Assembly: GCA_030429765.1 (NCBI GenBank) | Contig: JAUIER010000004.1 | Span: 33,131-97,130 of the forward strand | Source: a bacterium | GTDB lineage: Bacteria > Omnitrophota > Gorgyraeia > Zapsychrales > Zapsychraceae | Direction: 5' to 3' | Length of the DNA: 64,000 bases | Part shown: piece after piece, positions 8,698 through 19,687 of the stretch | Position numbering within the stretch: the stretch's first letter is position 1 | How the letters are laid out: each line of letters begins with the position of its first letter | The notes under the pieces: model-generated | What the model saw: the letters and a program-made list of their open reading frames with translations, nothing else | Databases searched by the model: none | Told to the model about the DNA's origin: nothing | Program-made: the position numbers and the translations under genes

Positions 8698-10893
8698 TTA
8701 TTTCTTTTTCTTTTTTTCCCAGGCTAGCACCAGTGGAGACGCGATGAAGATGGTCGAATAAGTACCCGCGATAAACCCGATCAGCAGCGTCAACGCGAAT
8801 GTATTTAAGACCTCACCGCCCTTGAAATACAGTGAGCAGACAACGATCAGGGTTGTGATGGTTGTCAGGATCGTACGTCCTAGTGTCTGATTGATACTAA
8901 GGTTGATAATCTCCGGCAGGGACTTGCGTCCGGATTTTGCCATATTCTCGCGGACACGGTCATAGATGATGATCGTGTCATTGATCGAATAACCGGCAAT
9001 CGTCAGCAAGGCCGTGACCACCAGAAGATCCACTTGCCGGTGGAACATAACAAGCATCCCCAGCGTAATAAATACGTCGTGCAGCAAGGCGATAATCCCG
9101 GCCGTCGCGAAATCAAAATGCGAGAACCGGAATCCCACATAGATCAGGATACCGCCCAACGCGAAGATAATCGCCAGAACAGCCGCCTTCCGTAACGCCT
9201 GCCCGACGACTGGACCAACTTTTTCAATACGAAGGATTTCAAAGGAATTATCCGTGAAGTTGGAGCGGAACGCCTCCATAACCGCCTTTTCTGTATCCTC
9301 GGATGTTCGGATCATCACGTTCTCCGGATACTGATCAAACTGCTGGATAACGGCATCCGGTAAATTGGCCGCGTTAAGCACATCCCGCAAATCATCAACC
9401 GGGATACGGCGTTCAAAACGATACTCCTGGATCTGCCCTCCCACAAAGTCGATTCCATAAGCCGCTTCCTTTTTCTGGACCAATGAGAATACACTTAACA
9501 AAACAAGAATCGCCGAAATGACAAAACAGATCTTACGTTTGGACACAAAATCGATTTTCGTATCAGAGAAGAAGCTGAGCATCTTGATCTTTTTGAGCAA
9601 ACCAAGATGAATACTGAGATCAAAGATTGTACGGGTTACATAAAGAGCTGTGAAAAGACTGGCGATCAAACCGATTGATAACGTCACCGCAAACCCTTTG
9701 ATCGGCCCCGATCCAAACTGAAACAACATGAAGGCCGCGATCAAGGTCGTTGTATTCGAGTCAACGATGGCCTTGAGAGCCTTACTAAAGCCATTATTTA
9801 CCGCCGATTGCAGCGGCCGGCCTGTCTTGGCCTCTTCCCGGATCCGCTCATTGATCAAAACATTCGCGTCAACGGCCATCCCCAGGGTCAGGATGATACC
9901 GGCGATACCCGGCAACGTCAGCGTCAACTGGGATGCCGGTAACATGACATTCATAAATCCCATAAGGCCAAATATCATAAGCAAGTTGTTGGCCAGCGCA
10001 ATACTGGAGATCATCCCGGCCTGCAGGTAATAAACCAACATGAAAATCAACACCAGGACTCCCCCGGTGATTGTAGCCGTAATCCCGGCATTAATCGAAT
10101 CCTTACCCAGCAACGGCCCAATCGTTCGTTCTTCTTCAAGAGTCATCGTAACTGGCAGCGCACCGGACCTAAGTGATAGAGCCAAAAGTGATGCCTCTTC
10201 GAACGTAAAACGCCCCGTAATCTGGGCGTTCCCACCCAGAATAGGCTCGTTGATATTAGGAGCTGATAAAACATTACCATCCAGCAATATTGCAAGTCGT
10301 CGATTCACATTGTCTTTGGTTAGCTTTCCAAAAGTCTTAGTTCCGTCCGCGTTGAACTTCATCGAAATATAGGGTTGTCGGGCCTGGTCAAAATCCACCA
10401 TCGCGTCCGCGATACTGTCGCCGGTCATCGCCACATCCGCTTCAAGTAGGACCGGATCATTCTCATCCTTGGTGTACTTCAGCAAATAGCCACTTGGCAC
10501 ATCACCCTCAATCGCTCGACTCATCAAGGTTGGATTATCACTGACCAGATGAAATTCCATTTTGGCAGTATCACCTATTAGTCTCAATGCGGTATCCCGA
10601 TCGGTAACTCCCGGCAGTTGAATGAGAATCTCCTGCTCACCCTGTTGCTGGATAACCATCTCGCCAGCACCTAAGCTGTCGATTCGATTGCGAAGGATTT
10701 CAATCGCCCGCAATACCGCATCTTTTCTCGCGTTTTCATCCAACTCTTCAAAATCCACCTGCATGATCAGATGCATTCCTCCCTTCAGGTCAAGTCCCAA
10801 GGGGATTTTCTTCTCAATTGGAAAGCCTAAATATATCGAAGCGGCGATGACGCCCAATATAACGAGAATGCGATTGCGTAACGACTTTTTCAT
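8698..10893 (-). CDS. secDF: Fused protein-export membrane protein SecD-SecF
   Basis: 731 aa. The SecD periplasmic and TM regions are followed by a second SecF-like 6-TM module. Confidence 0.85.
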   Translation of the reverse strand: MKKSLRNRILVILGVIAASIYLGFPIEKKIPLGLDLKGGMHLIMQVDFEELDENARKDAVLRAIEILRNRIDSLGAGEMVIQQQGEQEILIQLPGVTDRDTALRLIGDTAKMEFHLVSDNPTLMSRAIEGDVPSGYLLKYTKDENDPVLLEADVAMTGDSIADAMVDFDQARQPYISMKFNADGTKTFGKLTKDNVNRRLAILLDGNVLSAPNINEPILGGNAQITGRFTFEEASLLALSLRSGALPVTMTLEEERTIGPLLGKDSINAGITATITGGVLVLIFMLVYYLQAGMISSIALANNLLMIFGLMGFMNVMLPASQLTLTLPGIAGIILTLGMAVDANVLINERIREEAKTGRPLQSAVNNGFSKALKAIVDSNTTTLIAAFMLFQFGSGPIKGFAVTLSIGLIASLFTALYVTRTIFDLSIHLGLLKKIKMLSFFSDTKIDFVSKRKICFVISAILVLLSVFSLVQKKEAAYGIDFVGGQIQEYRFERRIPVDDLRDVLNAANLPDAVIQQFDQYPENVMIRTSEDTEKAVMEAFRSNFTDNSFEILRIEKVGPVVGQALRKAAVLAIIFALGGILIYVGFRFSHFDFATAGIIALLHDVFITLGMLVMFHRQVDLLVVTALLTIAGYSINDTIIIYDRVRENMAKSGRKSLPEIINLSINQTLGRTILTTITTLIVVCSLYFKGGEVLNTFALTLLIGFIAGTYSTIFIASPLVLAWEKKKKK

Positions 10894-10967
10894 GAAAACT
10901 CCTTAATTCATTCAGGTTAATTCCGCCTTAAGCTGATCCGCGAAATTCAAACCTGCTTTCAAACAAT

Positions 10968-11252
10968 TTATTTTTTGATCACCGTAGAGATCGACTCCTT
11001 ATCCATCTCCAGCTTGACATTATCATCCACCCGGATCATGACCGTGCGGTCCTTCACCGAGGTCACGATCCCGTGAATCCCTCCGGCCGTCACGACCTTG
11101 TCGTTCTTTTTGAGCTGATTGATCATTTCCTTCTGCTGTTTCTGCTTGTCCTTCTGCGGTTTGAGCAGAATAAAGTAGAAGATTGCGAAAATGATGATGT
11201 ACGGAATTATCGGCGTGGCCAATAAGGGATTTGCCGCTTGATCAGGTGACAT
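10968..11252 (-). CDS. yajC: Preprotein translocase subunit YajC
   Basis: 94 aa with a single TM and the GGIHGIVTSV motif, upstream of secDF. Confidence 0.85.
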   Translation of the reverse strand: MSPDQAANPLLATPIIPYIIIFAIFYFILLKPQKDKQKQQKEMINQLKKNDKVVTAGGIHGIVTSVKDRTVMIRVDDNVKLEMDKESISTVIKK

Positions 11253-11277
11253 AAATTTTCCTTACTTAGTAAATCGA

Positions 11278-11529
11278 TTAAACAGTTTTTTTCGATTTCT
11301 TGACAATAGTGCGAACGGTGTCTGACATTGATGCCCCGTTAGAAATCCACTTATCGAGCTTGTCATGATTGATGACAATCTCCGCCGGTTGTTTGGCCGG
11401 ATCGTAGTGTCCGATGATATCCAGATTACGTGAATCACGACCCTTCGCGCGGCTCATAGCCACAACCCGGTAGTTATAACGATGCTTCGATGACCGTCCA
11501 ATGCGTTGTAAACGTATTCTTACTTCCAT
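11278..11529 (-). CDS. rpsP: 30S ribosomal protein S16
   Basis: 83 aa starting MEVRIRLQRIGRSSKHRYNYRVV. Confidence 0.9.
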   Translation of the reverse strand: MEVRIRLQRIGRSSKHRYNYRVVAMSRAKGRDSRNLDIIGHYDPAKQPAEIVINHDKLDKWISNGASMSDTVRTIVKKSKKTV

Positions 11530-11549
11530 TTTTACTCCCTGTCCTTTTC

Positions 11550-13064
11550 TTATTTGTGTTGATGTGCTAGTTCAATCGCCATGATCTGCGCTCTAGCTTT
11601 GTTTTCTGTTTCCTGAAATTCTTTCTTGGGAACCGAATCAGCGACGATCCCGGCCCCGGCCTGAACATAGGCCTTGTTTTTATGCGTTACGATCGTACGG
11701 ATCGTAATACATGTATCGAGATTACCTGAAAAACTGAAATAACCGATACACCCGGCGTAAGGTCCGCGTTTAACCTTTTCCAGATCCTCGATGATCTCCA
11801 TCGCGCGGATCTTCGGCGCGCCGGAAACCGTACCCGCCGGAAAGGCGGCCTGCAACACATCAAAATCATCCATCCCGCGCTTGAGCTTGCCGCGGACATT
11901 GCTGACGATGTGCATGACATGCGAATACTTTTCGATCGACATAAATTCCGACAGATGAACCGTTCCCTGTTGGCAAACACGTCCAAGATCATTACGTCCC
12001 AGGTCGACCAGCATGATGTGCTCAGCCTTCTCTTTTTCGTCCGACAAAAGATCCTTGGCCCGCGCTTCATCCTCACGTTCATTCTTGCCGCGCTTACGCG
12101 TACCGGCAATCGGTCGAGTTTCGACAACCCCGTCCTCACACCGGACCAACAGCTCAGGTGACGAACCGATGATCTGTATGCCGTCAAACTTCAGGCAGTA
12201 CATATATGGAGAAGGGTTCAACCCCCTCAACGAACGATAAATGTTAAACGGATCAGTCTTCAATCCGACTTCAAAACGCTGCGAAAGAACAACTTGAATA
12301 ATTTCACCCGCACGGATCTGCTTTTTGGCCTCGGTGACAATTTTCTTGAATTCACCCTCCGTGAGGTTTGATTTAACCTTCAATTCTACAGATTTCGAGG
12401 CCTTTCGTCCATTTTTATTTTTGGGAACGACCAGAGGCTGATTGAGCTCCCGGATCAGCCCGTCAATGGTCTTCTGAGCGCGTTTGAACAGCTGGATTTT
12501 TCGGGCCTTGGTGGCCTTGGGATCGACGCTGACACAGCTGATCACCTTGATCCGGTGATTGAGGTGATCAAAGATGATGATGTCCTTGGCCAGCATCATG
12601 TACATATCGGGTAATTCGAGGTCATCCTCGGTCTGGGCCGGAATTCGTTCAAAATGCCGCACCGTGTCATAGCTCATGTAGCCCACCAAACCGCCGCAGA
12701 AACGGGGCAAATCCGGCACATTCACAAATTTGTAGGCCTTCATGATGTCACGGATCACCGCTAACGGCGAACCATCAACCTGCATCTCGCGCGTTCGCGC
12801 CTTGCCTCGATTGAATTCGGTGATCGAAATGTGGTGGTCTTTATTTTTCAATACCAATTCAGGATTCCGTGCCAAAAAAGAAAATCGGGCGACCTTTTCT
12901 TCGCCCTCCACCGATTCAAGCAGGAACGAATACTTGGCCTCATGGGCGATTTTGTAGTACGCCGAAACCGGCGTGTCCAGATCACCCATGATCTCCCGGT
13001 AAACCGGAATCAAGTTCCCGCGATCGCACAATTTCAAAAATTCTGTTTGTGTTAAACTTTTCAT
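11550..13064 (-). CDS. trpE: Anthranilate synthase component I family (TrpE/PabB chorismate-utilising enzyme)
   Basis: 504 aa with an LLES motif, PIAGTRKRG, and SGAPKIRAMEII...GYFSFSGNLDTCITIRT. Confidence 0.75.
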   Translation of the reverse strand: MKSLTQTEFLKLCDRGNLIPVYREIMGDLDTPVSAYYKIAHEAKYSFLLESVEGEEKVARFSFLARNPELVLKNKDHHISITEFNRGKARTREMQVDGSPLAVIRDIMKAYKFVNVPDLPRFCGGLVGYMSYDTVRHFERIPAQTEDDLELPDMYMMLAKDIIIFDHLNHRIKVISCVSVDPKATKARKIQLFKRAQKTIDGLIRELNQPLVVPKNKNGRKASKSVELKVKSNLTEGEFKKIVTEAKKQIRAGEIIQVVLSQRFEVGLKTDPFNIYRSLRGLNPSPYMYCLKFDGIQIIGSSPELLVRCEDGVVETRPIAGTRKRGKNEREDEARAKDLLSDEKEKAEHIMLVDLGRNDLGRVCQQGTVHLSEFMSIEKYSHVMHIVSNVRGKLKRGMDDFDVLQAAFPAGTVSGAPKIRAMEIIEDLEKVKRGPYAGCIGYFSFSGNLDTCITIRTIVTHKNKAYVQAGAGIVADSVPKKEFQETENKARAQIMAIELAHQHK

Positions 13065-13067
13065 ATC

Positions 13068-13826
13068 CTATTCACGTCGAATCGGGACATTTCGTTCCCG
13101 CAGATACGACTTGACCTCATGAATCGGTATTTCGTTATAATGAAAGACGGACGCGGCCAGCGCGGCATCCGCTCCGGTTTGATCGAAAACATGATAAAAA
13201 TCTTCGAGGGTTCCGGCGCCACCGGACGCAATCACCGGAATCGTCACACGTTGACTGATCGCCGCGGTTAGCGGTAGATCATAGCCATCTTTGGTTCCGT
13301 CGGCATCCATGCTCGTCAGTAAAATTTCTCCGGCTCCGTAGTCCTGCATCTTGGCCGCCCACTCGACCGCGTCAATCCCCGTCGGTGTCCGGCCGCCATG
13401 CGTGAACACTTCCCAGTGATCATCCACACGCTTTCCGTCAATCGCCACCACGATACATTGACTTCCAAAACAAGCTGCTGCTTCACGGACCAGTTCGGGA
13501 TTCTTCACCGCCGATGTATTGATCGACACTTTATCGGCCCCGGCATTCAGCAATTCCCGTATATCTTCCACCCGGTTGATCCCACCGCCGACCGTTAACG
13601 GCATAAAAACTTCCTCAGCGGTGCGCTTTACAATATCGATTATGATCCCACGCTTTTCATGACTTGCCGTGATGTCTAAAAACACGATCTCATCGGCATG
13701 TTGTTGATCATAGGCCTTGGCAATCTCTACCGGATCACCGGCGTCACGCAAATCAACAAAATTAGTCCCCTTAACCACACGTCCATCTTTGACATCCAGA
13801 CAAGGGATGATTCGTTTCTTTAACAT
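13068..13826 (-). CDS. hisF: Imidazole glycerol phosphate synthase cyclase subunit
   Basis: 252 aa starting [20 protein letters not shown]. Confidence 0.92.
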   Translation of the reverse strand: MLKKRIIPCLDVKDGRVVKGTNFVDLRDAGDPVEIAKAYDQQHADEIVFLDITASHEKRGIIIDIVKRTAEEVFMPLTVGGGINRVEDIRELLNAGADKVSINTSAVKNPELVREAAACFGSQCIVVAIDGKRVDDHWEVFTHGGRTPTGIDAVEWAAKMQDYGAGEILLTSMDADGTKDGYDLPLTAAISQRVTIPVIASGGAGTLEDFYHVFDQTGADAALAASVFHYNEIPIHEVKSYLRERNVPIRRE

Positions 13827-14539
13827 ACCGCCAGCGCCTCTTTCAGATCCAGTTTGCCTTCATAGATCGCCTTACCGGTGATCGCCCCCATGATACCTCG
13901 ATCCTCGAGACTCTTAAGACGCTTGATATCATCAAGACTGGCAATCCCACCAGAGGCGATGATCGGAATATTAGTGGCATCAAGCATATTCTTAAGCTCT
14001 TCATAATTAGGTCCGGTCAACATGCCGTCGCGAGCAATGTCGGTATAGATCAGACATTTAAGCCCTAAAAGCTCCAACTCTTTGGCAAACTCGGTGGCCT
14101 TGACGTCCGACGTCGACGTCCAGCCATGCCGCGCCACGAAACCATTGGTGCAATCCAGGCTCACCGCAATCTTGTCGGTCCAGCTCGATAACACATCCAC
14201 TAAAAATGTTGTGTCATCCAGCACCTTGGTTCCAAGGATCACACGCGACACACCTCCCTCAATCAATTGCGCGATATCCTCTTTGGTGCGGATGCCGCCG
14301 CCCATCTGCACCGGAATATCAACGGAACTGGCAACGCGTTTGATGACGTCCAGGTTCTGAATCTTGCCCGTCTTGGCCCCGTCGAGATCAACCAGATGCA
14401 GCCATTCGGCCCCCATCTCCTGCCATTGTTGAGCGATCGATACCGGATCATGTGAGTATTCCGTAACGGCATCAAATTTTCCCTGAATTAATCGAACGAC
14501 TTTACCGCCTTGAATATCGATGGCTGGAAATATGATCAT
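13820..14539 (-). CDS. hisA: ProFAR isomerase
   Basis: 239 aa starting [17 protein letters not shown]. Confidence 0.9.
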   Translation of the reverse strand: MIIFPAIDIQGGKVVRLIQGKFDAVTEYSHDPVSIAQQWQEMGAEWLHLVDLDGAKTGKIQNLDVIKRVASSVDIPVQMGGGIRTKEDIAQLIEGGVSRVILGTKVLDDTTFLVDVLSSWTDKIAVSLDCTNGFVARHGWTSTSDVKATEFAKELELLGLKCLIYTDIARDGMLTGPNYEELKNMLDATNIPIIASGGIASLDDIKRLKSLEDRGIMGAITGKAIYEGKLDLKEALAVC

Positions 14540-15144
14540 ATGGATAGTCCTACAAAATTTTTTAGTATATGCAGACCCACGGTCTGACTTTTTTCCGGGT
14601 GAAACTGGACACCAAATACATTGTCCCGCCGAACCGCGGACGTGTATCTGATACCGTAATCTGTGCTTGTCGCCTCAATGGTAGAATCATCCGGATCGAC
14701 GTAATATGAATGGCAGAAATAAACTTCCGCCCCGTCACTGATCCCCTCGAATAACGGACAATCCCTTTGTGTCAGCGTCAACTCATTCCAGCCCATCTGC
14801 GGAACCTTGAGTTGAGAAAATTTCTTAACACCACCTTCAAATACACCAAGCCCACGCGTGTTAGTCCCTTCTTCACTGGACTCAAACATCAGCTGTAATC
14901 CCACACATATCCCTAAGAACGGCCTCCCGCTTTGAATCACCTGATGAATGCTGTTGACCAACCCGAGTTCGGTGAGCTTGTCCATCGCCGCGCCCATGGC
15001 CCCCACGCCTGGCAACACAACGCGCTCCGCCGCTAATATCTGCTGGGCATCATGGGTGATACGCGCATCCCCGCCAACCTTCTGCAGCGCCTTCTGAACG
15101 CTTCTGAGATTTCCCATTCCATAATCAATAACTGCAATCATCAT
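14536..15144 (-). CDS. hisH: Imidazole glycerol phosphate synthase glutaminase subunit
   Basis: 202 aa class-I glutamine amidotransferase with an LGICVGLQ nucleophile elbow. Confidence 0.9.
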   Translation of the reverse strand: MMIAVIDYGMGNLRSVQKALQKVGGDARITHDAQQILAAERVVLPGVGAMGAAMDKLTELGLVNSIHQVIQSGRPFLGICVGLQLMFESSEEGTNTRGLGVFEGGVKKFSQLKVPQMGWNELTLTQRDCPLFEGISDGAEVYFCHSYYVDPDDSTIEATSTDYGIRYTSAVRRDNVFGVQFHPEKSQTVGLHILKNFVGLSI

Positions 15145-15213
15145 TTATTCCATACACACGTAAGCCTTCAATCGTAAGTTTTAAACTGTTCGCGGATTGA
15201 AGGCCTTCATGTG

Positions 15214-15822
15214 TTAATCAATAATTCCCTTGGTTGACGGCACTTCTCCCTCTCGACGAGGATCGACCTGTGTGGCCTGATCCAGCGCCTGCCCCAGCGA
15301 CTTAAAAACCGTCTCGACATTGGTGTGCAGGTCTTCATCGGGATGCTCAATCTTGACATTAAGCGTTGCGCCCAATCCGTTGGCGAAAGATTCAAGAAAG
15401 TGCTCCAGGTACTTCATCGAATAATTCTCCTGATCCTTGATGGAATTCATATCCGGACATTCCAGACTAAAGTAACTACGCCCGCTGATATCCAATACCG
15501 TGCGCCCCAACGTTGATTCCATCGGAGAAAACCCTACACCGAAACGTTTGATCCCGCGCATTTCATCCAACGCCTTGCGAAACAATTTTCCCAACACAAT
15601 ACCAATGTCTTCGTTGGTGTGGTGAATATCAATTTCCAGGTCGGCTTTATTGACTTTCAGATCTAAATCAAAAAATCCGTGAAACGCAAACAACTCCAGC
15701 ATGTGATCCAGCAAACCAATTTGCGTTTTGATACTTGATTGTCCCTTGCCATCGACATTGACCTCGGCGGCAATCTCGGTTTCTCGACTTTTTCGTTCTA
15801 ACGACGCTTTACGCTCACTCAT
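15214..15822 (-). CDS. hisB: Imidazoleglycerol-phosphate dehydratase
   Basis: 202 aa with IGLLDHMLELFAFHG and HHTNEDIGIVLG. Confidence 0.9.
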   Translation of the reverse strand: MSERKASLERKSRETEIAAEVNVDGKGQSSIKTQIGLLDHMLELFAFHGFFDLDLKVNKADLEIDIHHTNEDIGIVLGKLFRKALDEMRGIKRFGVGFSPMESTLGRTVLDISGRSYFSLECPDMNSIKDQENYSMKYLEHFLESFANGLGATLNVKIEHPDEDLHTNVETVFKSLGQALDQATQVDPRREGEVPSTKGIID

Positions 15823-15837
15823 TGACTGACTTCCTTT

Positions 15838-17061
15838 CTATTGAAACCTGACATTTACCGACTCATAGTGCTTCGGCAAACCTTCAAGCTTGGCGACTTT
15901 TTCAATCCCCGGCCGCATCCGTTCCAGCGCCCGTTTGGAATACGAAATCACATGACTTTTCTTGTTAAAATCTGACAGACACAACCCCGAGAAAAACCGC
16001 GCGGTTCCAAGCGTCGGAAGCACGTGCGATGGACCGGCCGCGTAATCCCCGAGTGCGGTCGGACTATATGGCCCCAGAAATATGGCGCCGGCATGGGTGA
16101 TTTTCTTGGCCACCGCAGCCGGACTGTTGGTCAGAATCTGCAAATGTTCCGGCGCGATCTTGTTGGTGATATCGATAGCTTCATCGATATTCTTGGCGTA
16201 AATCGCGTAGCCTTTAGTCGTGCGCTTCTTGACCTGTTTGATTAATCGTTTTGATGTCGTGACGAGAACCGAAAGCCCGTCCAAATGTTCGGCCTGGGCT
16301 TCGAGATCGGCCACCACATAATCGGGATTGCTGTACCGGTTGGCGATGATCACCAACTCCGTCGGACCGGCCAACATATCGATGTCGACATATCCGAAGA
16401 GCTGCCGCTTGGCCTCGGTGACATACATGTTCCCCGGACCAACAATCTTATCCACTTTTGGAATGGACCGGGTTCCAAAGGCAGTCGCGGCAATCGCCTG
16501 AGCCCCGCCGACCTTGTAGATCTCGTCGACATTTAACAAATTGGCTACGGCAAGAATGTGTGGATTAATGTGTCCATTGGCGTCAGGCGGCGTCATCATC
16601 ACAACCTTTTTGACACCGGCGATCTTGGCCGGGATCACTGTCATATACACAGATGAGACCAACGGGGCCGTTCCCGCTGGAATATAGACCCCCACCGAAT
16701 CCAACGGGATGATATTTTCCTTCAATAAAATCCCGTCGTCATGGCTGATGCGCGCTGGTTTTTGTTTTTGCTTCTTATAGAAATCCGATACGTTGTTGAT
16801 AATCACCTTGAGACTGGAAATAAAGTCGCTGGTAATTGACTGGTAGGCGCCGCTGATCTCGGCCTCGGACACCCTGAGTTCTTTGGACTTGAGGTTGGCC
16901 TTGTCGAACCGCTTGGTATATTTGATCACGGCTTCATCACCATTCACACGGACATCCTCGATGATCCGCCGTACTTTTTCCTCTACATGTTTCTTTCGGG
17001 CGTACATATTCCGGTTGTAAAGTTTCTGCAGCGCCTGCCCGGTTTGTGTAAGTGTTTTCAT
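15838..17061 (-). CDS. hisD: Histidinol dehydrogenase
   Basis: This is a HisD-family protein. The ORF-track start at 17175 overlaps alaS by 110 bp, so I chose the internal ATG at 17059-17061 (MKTLTQT...), which sits just 3' of the alaS stop. Confidence 0.85.
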   Translation of the reverse strand: MKTLTQTGQALQKLYNRNMYARKKHVEEKVRRIIEDVRVNGDEAVIKYTKRFDKANLKSKELRVSEAEISGAYQSITSDFISSLKVIINNVSDFYKKQKQKPARISHDDGILLKENIIPLDSVGVYIPAGTAPLVSSVYMTVIPAKIAGVKKVVMMTPPDANGHINPHILAVANLLNVDEIYKVGGAQAIAATAFGTRSIPKVDKIVGPGNMYVTEAKRQLFGYVDIDMLAGPTELVIIANRYSNPDYVVADLEAQAEHLDGLSVLVTTSKRLIKQVKKRTTKGYAIYAKNIDEAIDITNKIAPEHLQILTNSPAAVAKKITHAGAIFLGPYSPTALGDYAAGPSHVLPTLGTARFFSGLCLSDFNKKSHVISYSKRALERMRPGIEKVAKLEGLPKHYESVNVRFQ

Positions 17062-17065
17062 ATGG

Positions 17066-19687
17066 TTACCCTTTAGTAAGTACGTCGTACACGTAATCAA
17101 CCGCCTCGTCAAGCTTTTGCGATTGTTTACCCCCTGCCTGTGCCAATTGAGGCCGCCCGCCTCCCCGGCCGCCAATCTTTTGCGCAGCCTGCTGGATCAG
17201 TTCATTGGCCTTCCACCCTTTGGCAATCGCCGCTTCCGAACTCGATATCAACACCGACGCGCCATTGGCGGAGCTCGCCCCGAGAATAATAAGCGAGGAT
17301 GGCAGTTTTTGTTTGAGAAAATCCGACACCTTTCGCAAAACAGCCATGTCGGTGTTCGGAATAATTTTTTTGTAGATGACCACATCGTCCACCACGTGGA
17401 CATCATTAAGACTTCCCTCAACCACTGACTTGAGCGCTTCAAATTGAAGCTGCTCGTAACTCCGCTCCAAATCTTTGAGCTTCTTGGCCTGCGCCTTGAC
17501 CTTGTCGGTGACTTCTTCGACGGGCGCTTTGAAAAGTTTGGCAAGCTCGGACAACTGTTTTTCCTGTGTGCTGATATAATCCAGCGCACCTGTTCCGGTC
17601 TTGGCCTCGATCCGCCGTATCCCCTGAGCGATGGCCGATTCGCTGACGATCTTGAATACTCCAATCTGTCCGGTTGAACCCAAGTGCGTCCCGCCGCAAA
17701 ACTCCTTGGAATAATTTCCGATTGTCACCACACGAACCGTCTTTCCGTATTTCTCGGCAAAGAAGGCCAACGCCCCGCTTTGCCGGGCCTCTTCGATACT
17801 TAAATATTCAGTTGTCACCTGATCACATGCTCGGACAAACAAGTTGACCATGTCCTCAATGGCCTGAAGTTCTTTGGGTGATATGGCCTTGGGATGTGAA
17901 AAGTCGAACCTTAACCGGTCTTCAGCGACGAGAGATCCTTGCTGCTTGATATGCGTTCCCAAAATCTCCCGAAGGGCCGACTGCATCAAATGCGTTGCCG
18001 TGTGATTCCGCATGATCGATAACCGCCGATCAATGTTAATGATCGCCTTGACAATCGAATCAGTCCGGAAAGTCCCGGATTCCACGACCCCAAAATGGAC
18101 AAACACATCGTCGATCTTTTGGGTATCAGTCACACGGATCAAACCGTCATCCGATGTCACCTGGCCGATGTCACCTTGCTGACCACCGGACTCGGCGTAA
18201 AAAGGTGTTTTATCCAGCACAAACTTGATCTGATCTCCCGCTTTGACCTCATTAACACGATCTGATCCGATAAACAGCTTGAGAACCGAACTGGTGCTCT
18301 CGGCCTGACGATAGCCTAAAAATTCCGTCTTGGGTAAATCCAGCTGGAGTTCCGTGCCGGTGAAGACATCACCGGTCATCTTGCTGGACGCCCTGGACTG
18401 CTCTTGCTGATGCTTCATCAGTGTCTCAAATTCTGACCACGCTGATTTAACTAATTTCTCGTCGAGACTGATATCATCCAGCGCCTTTTCAATCGTGTTC
18501 AGCGCCAATCCATACGTGTCTCGATAGGCAAAGATCACCTGCCCCAGGTCCTGGGCGGTTTGGGCCGACTTGACCGCCGCCTCGAATTCGGGTAGACGCT
18601 CCTGACGGACCTTAATATAAGCCATCTCGACAGACTTGACGGTTTGCTGAATATCATCAGATTTTTCGATCATATCCGGATACTGCTCACGCATCGCCTC
18701 AACCAGCGCGGGAACGAGTTTGTAGATTACCGGCTCCTTGGTTCCGGCCCGCAGGCAGATATCGGAACTGTCGATGATCAGCTTCTTAATGACGTATCCG
18801 CGTCCTTCATTTGACGGAACAACACCGTCGCCGATACCAAAACAAATACCTCGCAGATGGTCCGCTATCACATAGCGCAACTTGCGGTCCGATTGGCTGT
18901 CATCAATGCTGACATGCGCGTCCACGGCCTTGAGAATCGGGGCAAACACATCTGTCTCAAAATTATTTTTCTTACCCTGTAAGACAGCCGCCAATCGCTC
19001 CAGCCCCATTCCGGTATCGATATTCTTTCCCGGCAACGGCTCCAACACGCCGCCGTCCTGACGATTATATTGAGTGAACACCAGATTCCAGACCTCGGAA
19101 AATCGCCCCATCTCATCGTCGGGATCGTCGGGAAATGTACCGGCCTCGGGATGGTAATCATAAAAAATTTCCGAACATGGCCCACAGGGACCATTCGGTC
19201 CATTTTCCTTGGCATTCGACGGCCAGAAATTGCTTTTGCCGCCGAGCTTAAAGATTTTTTGGGGGTCAATCTTGATCTGATCACGCCAAATCGCTTCGGC
19301 TTCAGAGTCTTCTTCGTAGACTGACACCCACAACCGGTCGGCTGGAATCTGAAGTTCCTGGGTCAGAAACTCCCAGGCCCACTTAATGGCATCTTCTTTG
19401 AAGTAATCGCCGAACGAAAAATTCCCCAACATTTCAAAAAAGGTATGATGAAAATCCGTCACTCCGACTTCATCGAGATCGTCGGTACGCATACACTTTT
19501 GGGATGTGGTCGCGCGGGTGTATTCGTCGATGTGTCCGAGAAACTGGCGTTTGAATTGCTGCATGCCGGCCGTGGTGAATAAAACGGTAGGATCATTCTT
19601 GGGAACAAGCGAGTCGCTTTCAACTATGGTATGCCCTTTCGAGGCGAAAAATTTGAGATACTTACTGCGGATTTCGTTGACTGTCAT
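17066..19687 (-). CDS. alaS: Alanine--tRNA ligase
   Basis: 873 aa class-II aaRS with an editing domain (HTATHLM, CGGTH). The recA-recX-alaS order is conserved. Confidence 0.95.
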   Translation of the reverse strand: MTVNEIRSKYLKFFASKGHTIVESDSLVPKNDPTVLFTTAGMQQFKRQFLGHIDEYTRATTSQKCMRTDDLDEVGVTDFHHTFFEMLGNFSFGDYFKEDAIKWAWEFLTQELQIPADRLWVSVYEEDSEAEAIWRDQIKIDPQKIFKLGGKSNFWPSNAKENGPNGPCGPCSEIFYDYHPEAGTFPDDPDDEMGRFSEVWNLVFTQYNRQDGGVLEPLPGKNIDTGMGLERLAAVLQGKKNNFETDVFAPILKAVDAHVSIDDSQSDRKLRYVIADHLRGICFGIGDGVVPSNEGRGYVIKKLIIDSSDICLRAGTKEPVIYKLVPALVEAMREQYPDMIEKSDDIQQTVKSVEMAYIKVRQERLPEFEAAVKSAQTAQDLGQVIFAYRDTYGLALNTIEKALDDISLDEKLVKSAWSEFETLMKHQQEQSRASSKMTGDVFTGTELQLDLPKTEFLGYRQAESTSSVLKLFIGSDRVNEVKAGDQIKFVLDKTPFYAESGGQQGDIGQVTSDDGLIRVTDTQKIDDVFVHFGVVESGTFRTDSIVKAIINIDRRLSIMRNHTATHLMQSALREILGTHIKQQGSLVAEDRLRFDFSHPKAISPKELQAIEDMVNLFVRACDQVTTEYLSIEEARQSGALAFFAEKYGKTVRVVTIGNYSKEFCGGTHLGSTGQIGVFKIVSESAIAQGIRRIEAKTGTGALDYISTQEKQLSELAKLFKAPVEEVTDKVKAQAKKLKDLERSYEQLQFEALKSVVEGSLNDVHVVDDVVIYKKIIPNTDMAVLRKVSDFLKQKLPSSLIILGASSANGASVLISSSEAAIAKGWKANELIQQAAQKIGGRGGGRPQLAQAGGKQSQKLDEAVDYVYDVLTKG

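Noticed and set aside
11687-12187. 166-aa minus-strand alternate-frame ORF within trpE
   Set aside because: It is out of frame with a clearly conserved TrpE sequence and has Arg/Ser-rich low-complexity composition.
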